DNA of 32,000 nucleotides, taken from assembly GCF_028368975.1 (NCBI RefSeq), contig NZ_JAQNDM010000002.1, positions 3,186,425 through 3,218,424 of the forward strand, written 5' to 3'. The translations under genes were made by a program, and so were the position numbers. The notes under the pieces are model-generated. The model was not told the DNA's origin, searched no databases, and saw only the letters and a list, made by a program, of their open reading frames with translations. Below, piece by piece: positions 19,421 through 28,457 of the stretch; position 1 is the stretch's first letter; each line of letters begins with the position of its first letter. The DNA is from Stigmatella ashevillensis (GTDB lineage: Bacteria > Myxococcota > Myxococcia > Myxococcales > Myxococcaceae).

Positions 19421-20165
19421 GAAGCCAGTCCCTCACGAAGCCCGCCGCGGCGGCGTCCTTCCGGAAGACGAACCTGCGGATTTCGACACATGAGAGGATG
19501 CGAACCAACCGCTGGAGCACCTCCCCCTGCGACGCCTCGCCCGGCAGCGGACGGAAGACCTGCGCCATCATCGCCGCAATGGCCTCGGGGGCTGCCACCG
19601 CCTCCAACCGCTCCTCGCCGCCCTTCTCCAGCAACAGCACCGCGGCCAACTGCGCCCGGGCGAGCGACGAGGGCAGATCCAGATCCGAGCAGAACGGGCT
19701 GCCCTCGACGCGCGCCCCGGGGTAGAGCCCGAGCACTTCGTCCGAGAGCACTTCGGCCCCGGCCTCCCGGGCGCACAGCCGGGTGAAGGTGGACTTGCCC
19801 GCCCCGCTGGGCCCGATGGCCACCACCGCCCGTCCCTGGAAGGCCACCCCGGCGGCATGCAGCAACAGGCCTCCCTGGCGCAGCGTGGCCAGTTGCATCC
19901 CCACCCGCAGCGCCAGTTCAGTATCTAGGAAGGCCTGAGGGGGCTCCACCCGCACCACATCGCCCTCTACCCGGAAGCGGGGACCCGAGGGCCGACGAGG
20001 GTCGAGGGGCATGCTCGGCCCCTCGGGCAAGGCCCCCGCCCGGAGACTCAGGCGGGGAGCGCCGTCTTCGGCCAGGAACGGGGCCAACGCGCACCGTGCC
20101 CCTACCTGGGTCAGCAGCCCCTCATCCACTCCCACGCTCCACTCCCCGAACCGCAGTCGCCGCAT
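19398..20165 (-). CDS. HPr kinase/phosphorylase C-terminal-like P-loop protein
   Basis: LLLHAAGVAFQGRAVVAIGPSGAGKSTFTRLCA...VLSDEVLGLYPGARVEGSPF: Walker A GPSGAGKST at 19788-19814, and the 'lsDE.v.l..' element seen in HprK-like proteins of RiPP loci. Confidence 0.85.
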   Translation of the reverse strand: MRRLRFGEWSVGVDEGLLTQVGARCALAPFLAEDGAPRLSLRAGALPEGPSMPLDPRRPSGPRFRVEGDVVRVEPPQAFLDTELALRVGMQLATLRQGGLLLHAAGVAFQGRAVVAIGPSGAGKSTFTRLCAREAGAEVLSDEVLGLYPGARVEGSPFCSDLDLPSSLARAQLAAVLLLEKGGEERLEAVAAPEAIAAMMAQVFRPLPGEASQGEVLQRLVRILSCVEIRRFVFRKDAAAAGFVRDWLHGWHTPG

Positions 20166-20184
20166 CCGGGACCCTGCCGCCTCT

Positions 20185-20322
20185 TCAGCAGGCCCCCGTC
20201 TCTGGATCGATGATGCAGCTGGGCGTGAAGAGGTCCGGAACGAGAATCCGCTCCGAGCGCACCTGGGGAGGGGCGTAAGCCTTCTTCTTCTCCGCCTTCA
20301 CCGGCTGCACCGTGGTTGCCAT
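20185..20322 (-). CDS. 45-aa putative RiPP precursor peptide
   Basis: MATTVQPVKAEKKKAYAPPQVRSERILVPDLFTPSCIIDPETGAC; Lys-rich leader, YxPPxV motif, C-terminal Cys36 and Cys45; Shine-Dalgarno AAGGAG 3 nt upstream of ATG; located between PqqD/giant lipoprotein and HprK-like genes. Confidence 0.75.
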   Translation of the reverse strand: MATTVQPVKAEKKKAYAPPQVRSERILVPDLFTPSCIIDPETGAC

Positions 20323-20325
20323 GGT

Positions 20326-20331
20326 CTCCTT
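20326..20331 (-). promoter_or_regulatory. Shine-Dalgarno of the precursor peptide, overlapping the stop codon of the giant lipoprotein gene
   Basis: Minus strand reads TAT TAC TAA GGAG ACC ATG: stop TAA at 20332-20330 shares two bases with AAGGAG. Confidence 0.65.
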
Positions 20332-23300
20332 AGTAATACACCACGACCCGGGCTGGATTCGACTGACTATCACCCACGGCCAGGTCCATTTTTCCATCCC
20401 CGTTGAAGTCCAGAATGGTCAAACTGATTCCAAGCGACGTCGTGGATGCCAGCTTGGACTGCCAGAAGCCATTCTCCTGGGCAAGGTCGAACTCGGCCCC
20501 CGGAATGCCCTGGTTGTAGAAGACGGCCGCGGCGTTCTGCCCGACGACGTTCTGGCCCACGGCGATGTCGACGCGTCCATCTCCGTTCAAGTCCCCCAGG
20601 GCCAGGGCGTTGCCGAAACGGCCGCCACCGACGATCTCCACCGGCGCCGTGGGGAAGCCCGAAGGGCCTCCATCCCGGAACACGAAGACCTTGCTCTGGG
20701 TGGCCGAGGAGGCCACCAGATCCAGCCCCGCGCCCCCCACCAGGTTCACCCCGCCAAAGGCCTCGGTGCCAAAGCCGTTCTGCGAGTTGCCGGTCGTATC
20801 GGGCCCCTGGTGAATCACCTGGAGCGCGTCCGTCGTGGACACGTTCCGGCCCAGGGCGTGAACCGCGGCGCCTGAATAGACATAGAGGTTGTTGACCCGC
20901 TCATGGGAGGCCGGGACGGTGAAATCCGCGACGCCATCGCCCGTGATGTCCCCCAGGCGCACGTAGCCACGGGAGCGTCCGAAGAAGACCATCCCCGTGG
21001 GGGCCGTGAAGACCTTGTCGGACTTGCTCGTGGGCACGACGCAGGCGGAGGTGGCGTTGCAGCCTGTTCCCAAGGCCCGCCAAGCCTCCGGCGTGCGGCT
21101 GTAGAAGAGGTAGACCTTTCCGGGCGTCTCGCCGTGCGAGCTGAGCAGCAGCTCATGAAGCCCGTCCCCGTTGATGTCCTGGATCATCTTCACCGAGCCG
21201 CCCAGCGTGGCCCCGGTGATGGCCGTGTCATGCCGGAACTCGATGGGGGCCGTCGTGTCCAGCACCTGGCCCTTCCGGCCAAAGTAGAGGAACGCCCGGC
21301 CGGAGTTGGACGTCCAGCCACGAGAGCCCACCAGCAGGTCCGCCACCGGCTCCGAGGTGGCGTTGCCGACATCACCGACATCGAAGTCACTCCCATAGGC
21401 TTGAGCGCCCGTCTCCGGGACCGTCAATTCCTGCCGAACCGGCGGGGAGCCCACCGGATCGCTGCTGCCGTAGTACACGTACGCCGAGCCCGGATTGCCC
21501 AGGACGCCTGTCACGATCAGGTCTTCCCTGCCATCCGCGTTCAGATCTCCCCGGGCGGTAATATAGGTGGCGTAGCTGTTGCTCGGGACGCCTGGGTTCG
21601 TCACCGTCACCTGCCGCCAGAAGTTGTCGATCTGTGGCTGCACCGCGAAGGGCGCGTAGTTGCCAATCTCGTCCCGGGGACGGAGCTGGATGGAGTAACG
21701 GGCCAGGGGCGGCAACGTCAGCGTGTAGGCCGTGGACGTGGCAGGCAGCAGCGCTCCCGTTTCCTGCTTCACCTTCCCGCCGAAGAAGGTCGCCTCGTTC
21801 TCGATGCCGTTCAGAAGCTGGGCGTTGACCGTCCACCGCAGGTCATAGCCCACCCCCATGCCGGACAGCCCGTCATCTCCACTCGCCGTCCACGACACCT
21901 GCACCTTGGCCGCCCGCTCCTGGCCGGGCACCAACGCCATCGTCACGGTGGGCGCCGCGGGAGGCACCACGTCCACGGTGGCCGTGACGGTGTGGCGCGC
22001 CGTGTTCCCGGACGCATCCACCACGCGCACCTCGAGCGTGCCATCCGTGTTGTGCGGCAACGTCACGGGAAGCTCCAGGGTCTCCGGCGAGGCGGAGATC
22101 GTGAACTCCGAGGAGACGGAAGCTCCCTTGTAGAGCGCCTGCACCGTGCTGCCCACGCCCTGCGTCACGGTGAGTGTGAACACCGCATTGGCATCCCCGC
22201 CCGGGGACATGTCCACCACGCGGTCCGGTGCAGGAGATGGGAAGAGATAGGCGTTGGTGCTCGCGACGAAGAAGAGCGCCGTGGGGGAGGGAGAGATGGA
22301 GGTGATGAGCGGGGGCGTGATGTCCACCGTCACGTCCACGAAGTCGACAGCCCTCAGCCCCGAGATGTTGAACACCTCCACGGCCAGGCGTGTCTGATCG
22401 CCGTCCGCGAGCGTCACATCGAAGAAGAACGCCCCCGTCGCCGGATCCGCGGTGACGGCATCCTCCGGTGTGGTCGAGCCTCCCTTGTAGAGAATCACCT
22501 CGCGGCCATTGCATGCCGGCGTGATACCGGCCAGGCGGTACTGCAACCCCGCCGCCGAGGGGTCCAGATCGTCCTGGGCAAGCAACGTGGCCACCGGCTC
22601 ACTCGGCGTGGTGAGCGTGATGGCACAGCCAGGGATTTTCACATCGACGTTGGCCTTGGAATCACTGCCCGCGTTTCCAGCGGTATCACGGGCCACGGCC
22701 GAGACGGTCTGCACGCCCACGGGGAAGTTGAGCGTGCCTTGCGCGACTCCCGAGACGACCGGCAGGGTCCCCACCACCGCGGCGGGAGCGCTCCCCACCT
22801 GCGAGAGGATGCTCACCGTGCTCACGTCCCCTCCTGCCACATTGACCTGAACGGGGATGTCCGTGTTGTCGTAGACAGCGCTCGCCGCGGGGGCCACCAG
22901 CGTCACGGTGGGGGCTTCCAGATCCACCGTCAGGGTCCGGACCACCGAGGTCTCGTTGCCCGAGGTGTCCACGGCAACCACCGAGAGCGTGTACTCCGTC
23001 TTGCCTGTGCCCGGCACGGTGAACTCATGCGTGGCCACCAGCTCGGAAGGCGTCAGCGACACCGGATTTCCCCCCGGGGAGAGCAACATCCGCACACCGC
23101 CCGCGCCCACGTCCGCGCTCGTGTTGATGGCCGCCCGGAGCTGGAAGCCGACGGCCGTCGAGCCGTCATCCGCGAGGCCGAACTCGGTGCGCGTGGGCGC
23201 GCTCACCACCAACGAAGGCGGGACTCGGTCCAGGCGGAAGGCGAAGAAGGCCGCCGTGTTGAGCGGATAGAAGGGGGTCGGATTGAGCACCCGGTTCTGA

Positions 23301-26134
23301 TTGCCCGCAGCGTCCGTCACGGTCACGACGAGCGCGTAGTCCGCCTCGATACCGGTGGGCATCGCATCGAGGGAGACGGTGGCCAGGCCACCGCCGGCAT
23401 TGCCCTGGCCATAGACGATGCCGGGATTGCTGGCGTTGCGAACCTGGACCGGCCGCCCATCTTCCAGACCGTCAATGGTCACCCGGAGCTGCACGGAGCC
23501 TGTGGGCCACTCGACGGCATTCAGCCGCCGATCCCCGTTGACGTCTCCCACCAGTTCCACGGCACGCACCACCGGCTCGGTGCTGTCCACGGTGATGTTC
23601 ACCGACTGAGACACGGAGATGGCCCCGTCGTCGAGAACGGCGCGCAGGGCGTAGCGCCCATCGGGGTAGGTGAAATCCGGGGTGAAGGCCGGCACGTTGG
23701 CGGCCAGGGTGTACCAGCCCGAGCCATCCCGGCAGGGCGCGGCATCCTGGCTCGGCGCCACGCTCGCGCAGATGTCCACGACGGCGTTCGCCGAACGTCC
23801 ATTCGCGGCGTACTTCAGGGGCGCCTGGATGCCCGACTCCTCGGGCGTGACGTCGGAGTTCACGACGTAGACCGGGGCGGGGGAAGCCGCGGGAATCTCC
23901 AGGGCGATGTTGCCCGGCTGGGTGTCCACCAGGAGCAGCACCGTGGCGCAGGCCACCGTGCCTCCGGGGCCGATGAGCTCGGCGCGCAGCACGTTGGAGC
24001 CCTCTTCCAGCTCCACGGTGTTGAACCGCTTCGTCCGCTCGTTCGCGGCGACATCCACCACGGCGATCTCGGTGGCCCCGCGCAGCAATCGCAGCTTGCT
24101 GGCCGCCTGGGTGTCCACGCTCAGGGTGACCGAGACACTCAACCCGCCGTTGGGCAGCACGATGCCATCCGTGGCCCCCAGGTACCGGCCAATCGCGGGG
24201 GTCTCGAAGGCCAGCGAACTCGGAGAGAAGGCCAGGGTCAGCGCCCGGACTTGCTCGCTGGTGTTGCCCGCCAGATCCGTGGAGGCGACTTGCAACAGAC
24301 ATTCGCCGCTGAGCGGCACGGAGACGTCCCTCAACACGAGCGCCCCGTGGTCATCGGCCTGTCCCGCCACCCCCGCGGCCAGGGCGCACCCCGTGACGAG
24401 CACCGAGGCGTACGGCTCGGTCTCCACCTCGAGGGCCACTTGCATGCCCGGAGCCAGAGACGTGTCGTTGAGCCCGAAGCCCAGAACAGTCTCTCCGGCG
24501 GGCACACCGCGCACCTGGAACGCCAGCACCGGCGGCGTGGAGTCCAGCTCCAGGGAGAGCAGCTGACTCGTGGCGCCCCCTGGACAGGAGGCCAGGAGCC
24601 GGTACGCGCCATCGCTCTCCAAGAGGAGCGAAACCAGCGCCGACCCCGAAGATGCGACGGCGGTGCTCCGTCCCCGCTCATTGCCATTCACATCCAAGGC
24701 CACCACGGTGACCGGCCCGGCCCCCGACTCCACGCGGACCGAGGTGTTCATGCCCGTGGTGGGAATCAGGGTGCCATTGTCCGGCGAGATGATGCGGCAG
24801 ACGGGCTGGCCCGTGGTGACCGTGACGGTCTCCGCCAGGCACTGCTCCAAACCCGCTGCATTGCGGACACAGGCCTGAACGGCATTGGCGCCCCCCGCCA
24901 GTTGCACGGTGAAGGCCGCCTCGCGCCCACCGTTCGTCACCGCCCGCTGCGGCTGGGCGAACTTGCCGGTGACGCTGGTGAAGAGCGTCACCTGGGTGCC
25001 AGGAGGCAGCGAGTCCACCTGGACGGTCACCGGTACCTGCACGCCGTTGTCGAGCCGGCCGTCCACCGGATCCTCCGAGAGGCTCTTCGGCACCACCAAT
25101 TTGAGGGTTGGCGTCGTGCTGGCCACCGTGACGGGAACCTGCCGGGTGGAGACATTGCCCCCCGCATCGGAGACTTTCAGCGTGAAGAGGTAATCCCCAT
25201 CCACCGGCACCGTGACGGCGGGGAACGTCACGCCTCCGGAAATGACGGGGGCGGACAGATCCGGCGCGCCAACCCGGGACAGGGTGGCCAACACACCGGG
25301 CTCGGTACACCCCACGGTGGCCTCCACCCGGAACGTCGTGGACGCCACCGCCGCCACTGGCCAGGCCAGTTCCACGCGCGGAGACACCGTGTCCAACGTG
25401 ATGTGGCGCCGGCCGGACGTCACCTCGTCATCGCCATTGCGGACCACCGCGTAGCACTGGGCTTCCTGGGACTCGCATGCGAACTGGGACAGCGTCACCT
25501 CGACCTGGGTGGCCCCATTGCCCGCCACGGTGAAGTCCGTGGGAGGCACCCCACACGCCTGCTCGCAATAGATCGTGCCCTTTCTTCCCGACAGGCCCAC
25601 GGCATTCACGCTGAAGCGCAGCTGGTAGCCGGGCGAATCCGGGTTCGCGTCATCCGCCTCGAGCAGCACCTCGCCTTCGGGGGGCTGCGTCAGATCCACC
25701 GATGGCGGCTCCGAGGTCACCGTGACGCTGATGCGCTGGGTGGCCGTGCGCCGCGAGCTGGCCTCCTCCACCGTCACCTGCAGCACGTTGGTGCGCGACT
25801 GCAACAGCGCCGCCGGGAAGCGGGCCGTGTCCCCCTCGATGAGGGCCTTGGGCCCCTCCGTCCATCCCTGCTCGGACGGCGTGCGCACCTCCAGCTTCGC
25901 GCTGGCCAGCTTCACCGCCCGGCCCGAGGTGTCCCGGGCCCGCACCACCACCTCGTGCTGGAAGCCGTCGGTGGCCGTGTCCTCATCATCGGAGAGCACC
26001 AGCCGCTGCCCGTCCACGGGCTTCTCGAACCCCACCTCCAGCTCCGACTCCACCGGTGGCTCGCCGCAGCTGCATCCGGACGCACTCCACAGCGCGAGCC
26101 CCATCAACAGCCACTGCCACATCGATCGGCGCAT
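20330..26134 (-). CDS. Giant surface lipoprotein: N-terminal/central Ig-like modules plus C-terminal FG-GAP/VCBS beta-propeller
   Basis: MRRSMWQWLLMGLALWSASGC lipobox signal with GGGAG SD; recurrent 'DTTPP...VTVSVT' Ig-like modules; C-term blades DLNADGREDLIV, ADLLVGSRG, DINGDGLHELLL, DITGDGVADFTV, GLDLVASS, DLNGDGRVDIAV, DFNGDGKMDLAV. ORF track start (GTG 26203) gives GTGA overlap with the upstream gene; ATG 26134 gives a proper signal peptide. Confidence 0.88.
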   Translation of the reverse strand: MRRSMWQWLLMGLALWSASGCSCGEPPVESELEVGFEKPVDGQRLVLSDDEDTATDGFQHEVVVRARDTSGRAVKLASAKLEVRTPSEQGWTEGPKALIEGDTARFPAALLQSRTNVLQVTVEEASSRRTATQRISVTVTSEPPSVDLTQPPEGEVLLEADDANPDSPGYQLRFSVNAVGLSGRKGTIYCEQACGVPPTDFTVAGNGATQVEVTLSQFACESQEAQCYAVVRNGDDEVTSGRRHITLDTVSPRVELAWPVAAVASTTFRVEATVGCTEPGVLATLSRVGAPDLSAPVISGGVTFPAVTVPVDGDYLFTLKVSDAGGNVSTRQVPVTVASTTPTLKLVVPKSLSEDPVDGRLDNGVQVPVTVQVDSLPPGTQVTLFTSVTGKFAQPQRAVTNGGREAAFTVQLAGGANAVQACVRNAAGLEQCLAETVTVTTGQPVCRIISPDNGTLIPTTGMNTSVRVESGAGPVTVVALDVNGNERGRSTAVASSGSALVSLLLESDGAYRLLASCPGGATSQLLSLELDSTPPVLAFQVRGVPAGETVLGFGLNDTSLAPGMQVALEVETEPYASVLVTGCALAAGVAGQADDHGALVLRDVSVPLSGECLLQVASTDLAGNTSEQVRALTLAFSPSSLAFETPAIGRYLGATDGIVLPNGGLSVSVTLSVDTQAASKLRLLRGATEIAVVDVAANERTKRFNTVELEEGSNVLRAELIGPGGTVACATVLLLVDTQPGNIALEIPAASPAPVYVVNSDVTPEESGIQAPLKYAANGRSANAVVDICASVAPSQDAAPCRDGSGWYTLAANVPAFTPDFTYPDGRYALRAVLDDGAISVSQSVNITVDSTEPVVRAVELVGDVNGDRRLNAVEWPTGSVQLRVTIDGLEDGRPVQVRNASNPGIVYGQGNAGGGLATVSLDAMPTGIEADYALVVTVTDAAGNQNRVLNPTPFYPLNTAAFFAFRLDRVPPSLVVSAPTRTEFGLADDGSTAVGFQLRAAINTSADVGAGGVRMLLSPGGNPVSLTPSELVATHEFTVPGTGKTEYTLSVVAVDTSGNETSVVRTLTVDLEAPTVTLVAPAASAVYDNTDIPVQVNVAGGDVSTVSILSQVGSAPAAVVGTLPVVSGVAQGTLNFPVGVQTVSAVARDTAGNAGSDSKANVDVKIPGCAITLTTPSEPVATLLAQDDLDPSAAGLQYRLAGITPACNGREVILYKGGSTTPEDAVTADPATGAFFFDVTLADGDQTRLAVEVFNISGLRAVDFVDVTVDITPPLITSISPSPTALFFVASTNAYLFPSPAPDRVVDMSPGGDANAVFTLTVTQGVGSTVQALYKGASVSSEFTISASPETLELPVTLPHNTDGTLEVRVVDASGNTARHTVTATVDVVPPAAPTVTMALVPGQERAAKVQVSWTASGDDGLSGMGVGYDLRWTVNAQLLNGIENEATFFGGKVKQETGALLPATSTAYTLTLPPLARYSIQLRPRDEIGNYAPFAVQPQIDNFWRQVTVTNPGVPSNSYATYITARGDLNADGREDLIVTGVLGNPGSAYVYYGSSDPVGSPPVRQELTVPETGAQAYGSDFDVGDVGNATSEPVADLLVGSRGWTSNSGRAFLYFGRKGQVLDTTAPIEFRHDTAITGATLGGSVKMIQDINGDGLHELLLSSHGETPGKVYLFYSRTPEAWRALGTGCNATSACVVPTSKSDKVFTAPTGMVFFGRSRGYVRLGDITGDGVADFTVPASHERVNNLYVYSGAAVHALGRNVSTTDALQVIHQGPDTTGNSQNGFGTEAFGGVNLVGGAGLDLVASSATQSKVFVFRDGGPSGFPTAPVEIVGGGRFGNALALGDLNGDGRVDIAVGQNVVGQNAAAVFYNQGIPGAEFDLAQENGFWQSKLASTTSLGISLTILDFNGDGKMDLAVGDSQSNPARVVVYY

Positions 26135-26199
26135 TCGTCTCCCACCCTCTCCAGCGGCAGGCCGTGGGCCTGCGGCTCGCGACATCAGCGCAAGGGACC

Positions 26200-26550
26200 T
26201 CACGGCCCCAGCACCAGCACCTTCTTCGCCACGAGGAGCCGGAGGAAGGCGACCGTGTCCGCTTCACACGCCTCCGGTTCCACCTCGAATTCGTCACACA
26301 GCACCGCCACGATGTCCGCCACCGTCCGGCGGCCATCCACCAACTCCACGATGCGCTCGGCCACCTCGGACACCTGACCCCGGGCGTCCTCGAACAGGTG
26401 CAGGTGCTCATCGGGCCCCGCAGCCATCAGCCGCCCACCCACGCGCTGCACCCCCGTCTCCGGATGCAGCCGAGGCACGGCGCGCAGCACCTCCCGGCCC
26501 GCCTCCGCGGGAGCTTTCGTTCCATCTTTGTTGGAAACGAATCCAGCCAC
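26200..26550 (-). CDS. PqqD family protein (RiPP recognition element)
   Basis: RLHPETGVQRVGGRLMAAGPDEHLHLFEDARGQVSEVAERIVELVDGRRTVADIVAVLCDEFEVEPEACEADTVAFLRLLVAKKVLVLG fits the PqqD pattern (lvdG.rtv.div..l..ef...v...d...fl..l...g.l); GTG start with GGGAG upstream. Confidence 0.82.
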   Translation of the reverse strand: MAGFVSNKDGTKAPAEAGREVLRAVPRLHPETGVQRVGGRLMAAGPDEHLHLFEDARGQVSEVAERIVELVDGRRTVADIVAVLCDEFEVEPEACEADTVAFLRLLVAKKVLVLGP

Positions 26551-26800
26551 TTGAATCTCCCGGAGGCCTGCCCCCCGGCCTGGAGCTTCCCGGCCTCACG
26601 GAATCTGAAGGCATGCTATCCGCGAAGATCCGGCCCGGCCAAATCCCTGATCTCCTCAGTCCCCTCACGGATCAAGGTTTTGGAAGAAATCCCCGGAACT
26701 CCCCAGGGCCCGCACAAGGATTTGGGCGGAAACCGCGAAACCGCTATGACGGGGCGGCGCCAGACTCCCACGAGGGAGGGCGACACGATGGGGAGGGCGG

Positions 26801-27376
26801 ATGAACACGACGCCGGAAGGCAACATGGCGCCACGGCAGGGCTGGTGGAGCCGCAATTGGAAGTGGGTCGTTCCTGTTGGCTGTCTGACACCCGTGCTGA
26901 TGTGCGGGTGTTTCGGGGCGCTCGTCTTCTACTTCGTCACGAGCACCATCAAGTCCACGGATGCCTACCAGCAGGCCGTCACCCTCGTTTCGGCGAACCC
27001 CGAAGTCCAGGAGGCGCTGGGCACCCCCATCGACTTCGGATGGCCGCGGGGCTCCGTGAACGCCACAAACGGAGAGGGCCGCGCCAGCGTCAGCGTGCCC
27101 GTCGAAGGCCCCAAGGGCAGCGGGACCTTGCGCCTCGAAGCCGTCTCGGAGGGCGAGAATTGGACCTTTGATCTGCTTCAAGTGGAGGTCCCCGGCAGGC
27201 CGGCCATCGATCTGATGGATCAGGTGGGCGGACGCCCGGAGCCGGAGCTGGAACCCCTCCCGGACGACGAACCGCCGCCCACGATGGATGAGGAGATGCT
27301 TCCCCCGGAAGAGGAAGTCCTCCCCCCCTCCGAAGAGGAAGCCCCCGCCAAGAAGGGCTCCGAGATCGACCTGTAG
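26801..27376 (+). CDS. Coa1-family (cytochrome c oxidase assembly factor-like) membrane protein
   Basis: [100 protein letters not shown]; acidic C-terminal tail. Confidence 0.75.
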   Translation: MNTTPEGNMAPRQGWWSRNWKWVVPVGCLTPVLMCGCFGALVFYFVTSTIKSTDAYQQAVTLVSANPEVQEALGTPIDFGWPRGSVNATNGEGRASVSVPVEGPKGSGTLRLEAVSEGENWTFDLLQVEVPGRPAIDLMDQVGGRPEPELEPLPDDEPPPTMDEEMLPPEEEVLPPSEEEAPAKKGSEIDL

Positions 27377-27452
27377 CCCGCAACGCAAGAGGGGCGGCGC
27401 GGGCCTGAGCCTCGCACCACCCCTTCCGCGTGCCACACCGGAATGGACCGGC

Positions 27453-28418
27453 CTACTTCAGGGCGTGGAGCGCCTGGCGCAGCTCGGGCAGCACCTTGAA
27501 GAGATCCGCCACGAGGCCGTAATCGGCCACCTGGAAGATGGGGGCCTCGGCGTCCTTGTTGATGGCCACGATGGTCTTCGAGCTCTTCATGCCCGCCAGG
27601 TGCTGGATGGCACCGCTGATGCCCGCGGCGATGTAGAGCTGCGGGGCCACGACCTTGCCCGTCTGACCGATCTGCAAGTCGTTGGGCACCCAGCCGGCGT
27701 CACACACCGCGCGCGAGGCGCCCACCGCGGCGCCCAGCTCGTCGGCCAGGGCTTCAATCTCCTTGAAGTCACCCTTGGTGCCACGGCCACCGGACACCAC
27801 CACCCGGGCCTCGGTCAGCTCCGGACGGGCGCTCTTCACTTCCTTGAAGTCGATGAACTTCGTCTTGGACGGTTCGATCTTCGCGGTGAAGGTCTTCACC
27901 TCGGCGGCCGCCTGACCGCTGGCGGCGGCGGGGAACTCGGTGGCGCGCAGGCTGAGCACCTTCACGGGCGTGGTGAGCTTCACCTCGGCGATGACGTTGC
28001 CGGCCCACATGGGGCGGGTGAAGGTGACGTCCGCGCCACTGCCGTTGATGGCGGTGACGTCGGTGGCCATGGCGGCCTTGAGGCGGGCGGCCACGCGGGG
28101 CAACAGGTCCTTGCCCAGGGCGGTGGAGGCCGCGCCCACGTAGTCGGCCTTCAGCTCCTGCGCCAGGGTGGCGACGACAGGGGCGTAGACCTCGGCCAGG
28201 TAGTGCTCGAACTCGGGGGCCGCGGCGGTGTGCACCGCCTTGGCGCCCAGGCCCTTGAGCTCCTCGGCCAGCTTGGAAGGATCCTTGGACAGCAGCACCA
28301 GGTGCAGCTCGGCGCCCGCCTTCTGCGCCAGCTGGCTGCCGGCGGAGATGGCGTTGAGGGTGGCCTTGCGCAGGTTCCCGTCAGGTTGCTGCTCGGCGAC
28401 GATGAGAACGATCGGCAT
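27453..28418 (-). CDS. etfA: Electron transfer flavoprotein alpha subunit
   Basis: [27 protein letters not shown]...[107 protein letters not shown]. Confidence 0.97.
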   Translation of the reverse strand: MPIVLIVAEQQPDGNLRKATLNAISAGSQLAQKAGAELHLVLLSKDPSKLAEELKGLGAKAVHTAAAPEFEHYLAEVYAPVVATLAQELKADYVGAASTALGKDLLPRVAARLKAAMATDVTAINGSGADVTFTRPMWAGNVIAEVKLTTPVKVLSLRATEFPAAASGQAAAEVKTFTAKIEPSKTKFIDFKEVKSARPELTEARVVVSGGRGTKGDFKEIEALADELGAAVGASRAVCDAGWVPNDLQIGQTGKVVAPQLYIAAGISGAIQHLAGMKSSKTIVAINKDAEAPIFQVADYGLVADLFKVLPELRQALHALK

Positions 28419-28457
28419 TTGGGACTCCAGTCTCTCGAAGCGGTTGAAGGGACAGGC

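Noticed and set aside
18332-19786. 484-aa plus-strand ORF opposite the S24-GNAT and HprK-like genes
   Set aside because: Low-complexity Pro/Arg/His composition typical of a shadow ORF; the opposite strand has well-defined domains.
20323-20397. N-terminal extension of the peptide ORF (MEKWTWPWVIVSRIQPGSWCITKET)
   Set aside because: Overlaps the 3' coding end of the giant lipoprotein and lacks its own ribosome-binding site; the internal ATG at 20322 has AAGGAG, so the 45-aa form is preferred.
20903-26377. 1824-aa plus-strand ORF antisense to the giant lipoprotein
   Set aside because: Arg/His/Gly-rich composition with no recognisable domain. It is a stop-free shadow of a high-GC coding strand, and the minus frame has clear FG-GAP and Ig motifs.
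17503-26550. Classification as a classical lasso or pqq cluster
   Set aside because: No lasso B/C (transglutaminase-like protease and asparagine-synthetase-like cyclase), no PqqE-like radical SAM and no PqqA-type E/Y core seen. Only the PqqD and HprK-like components are shared.
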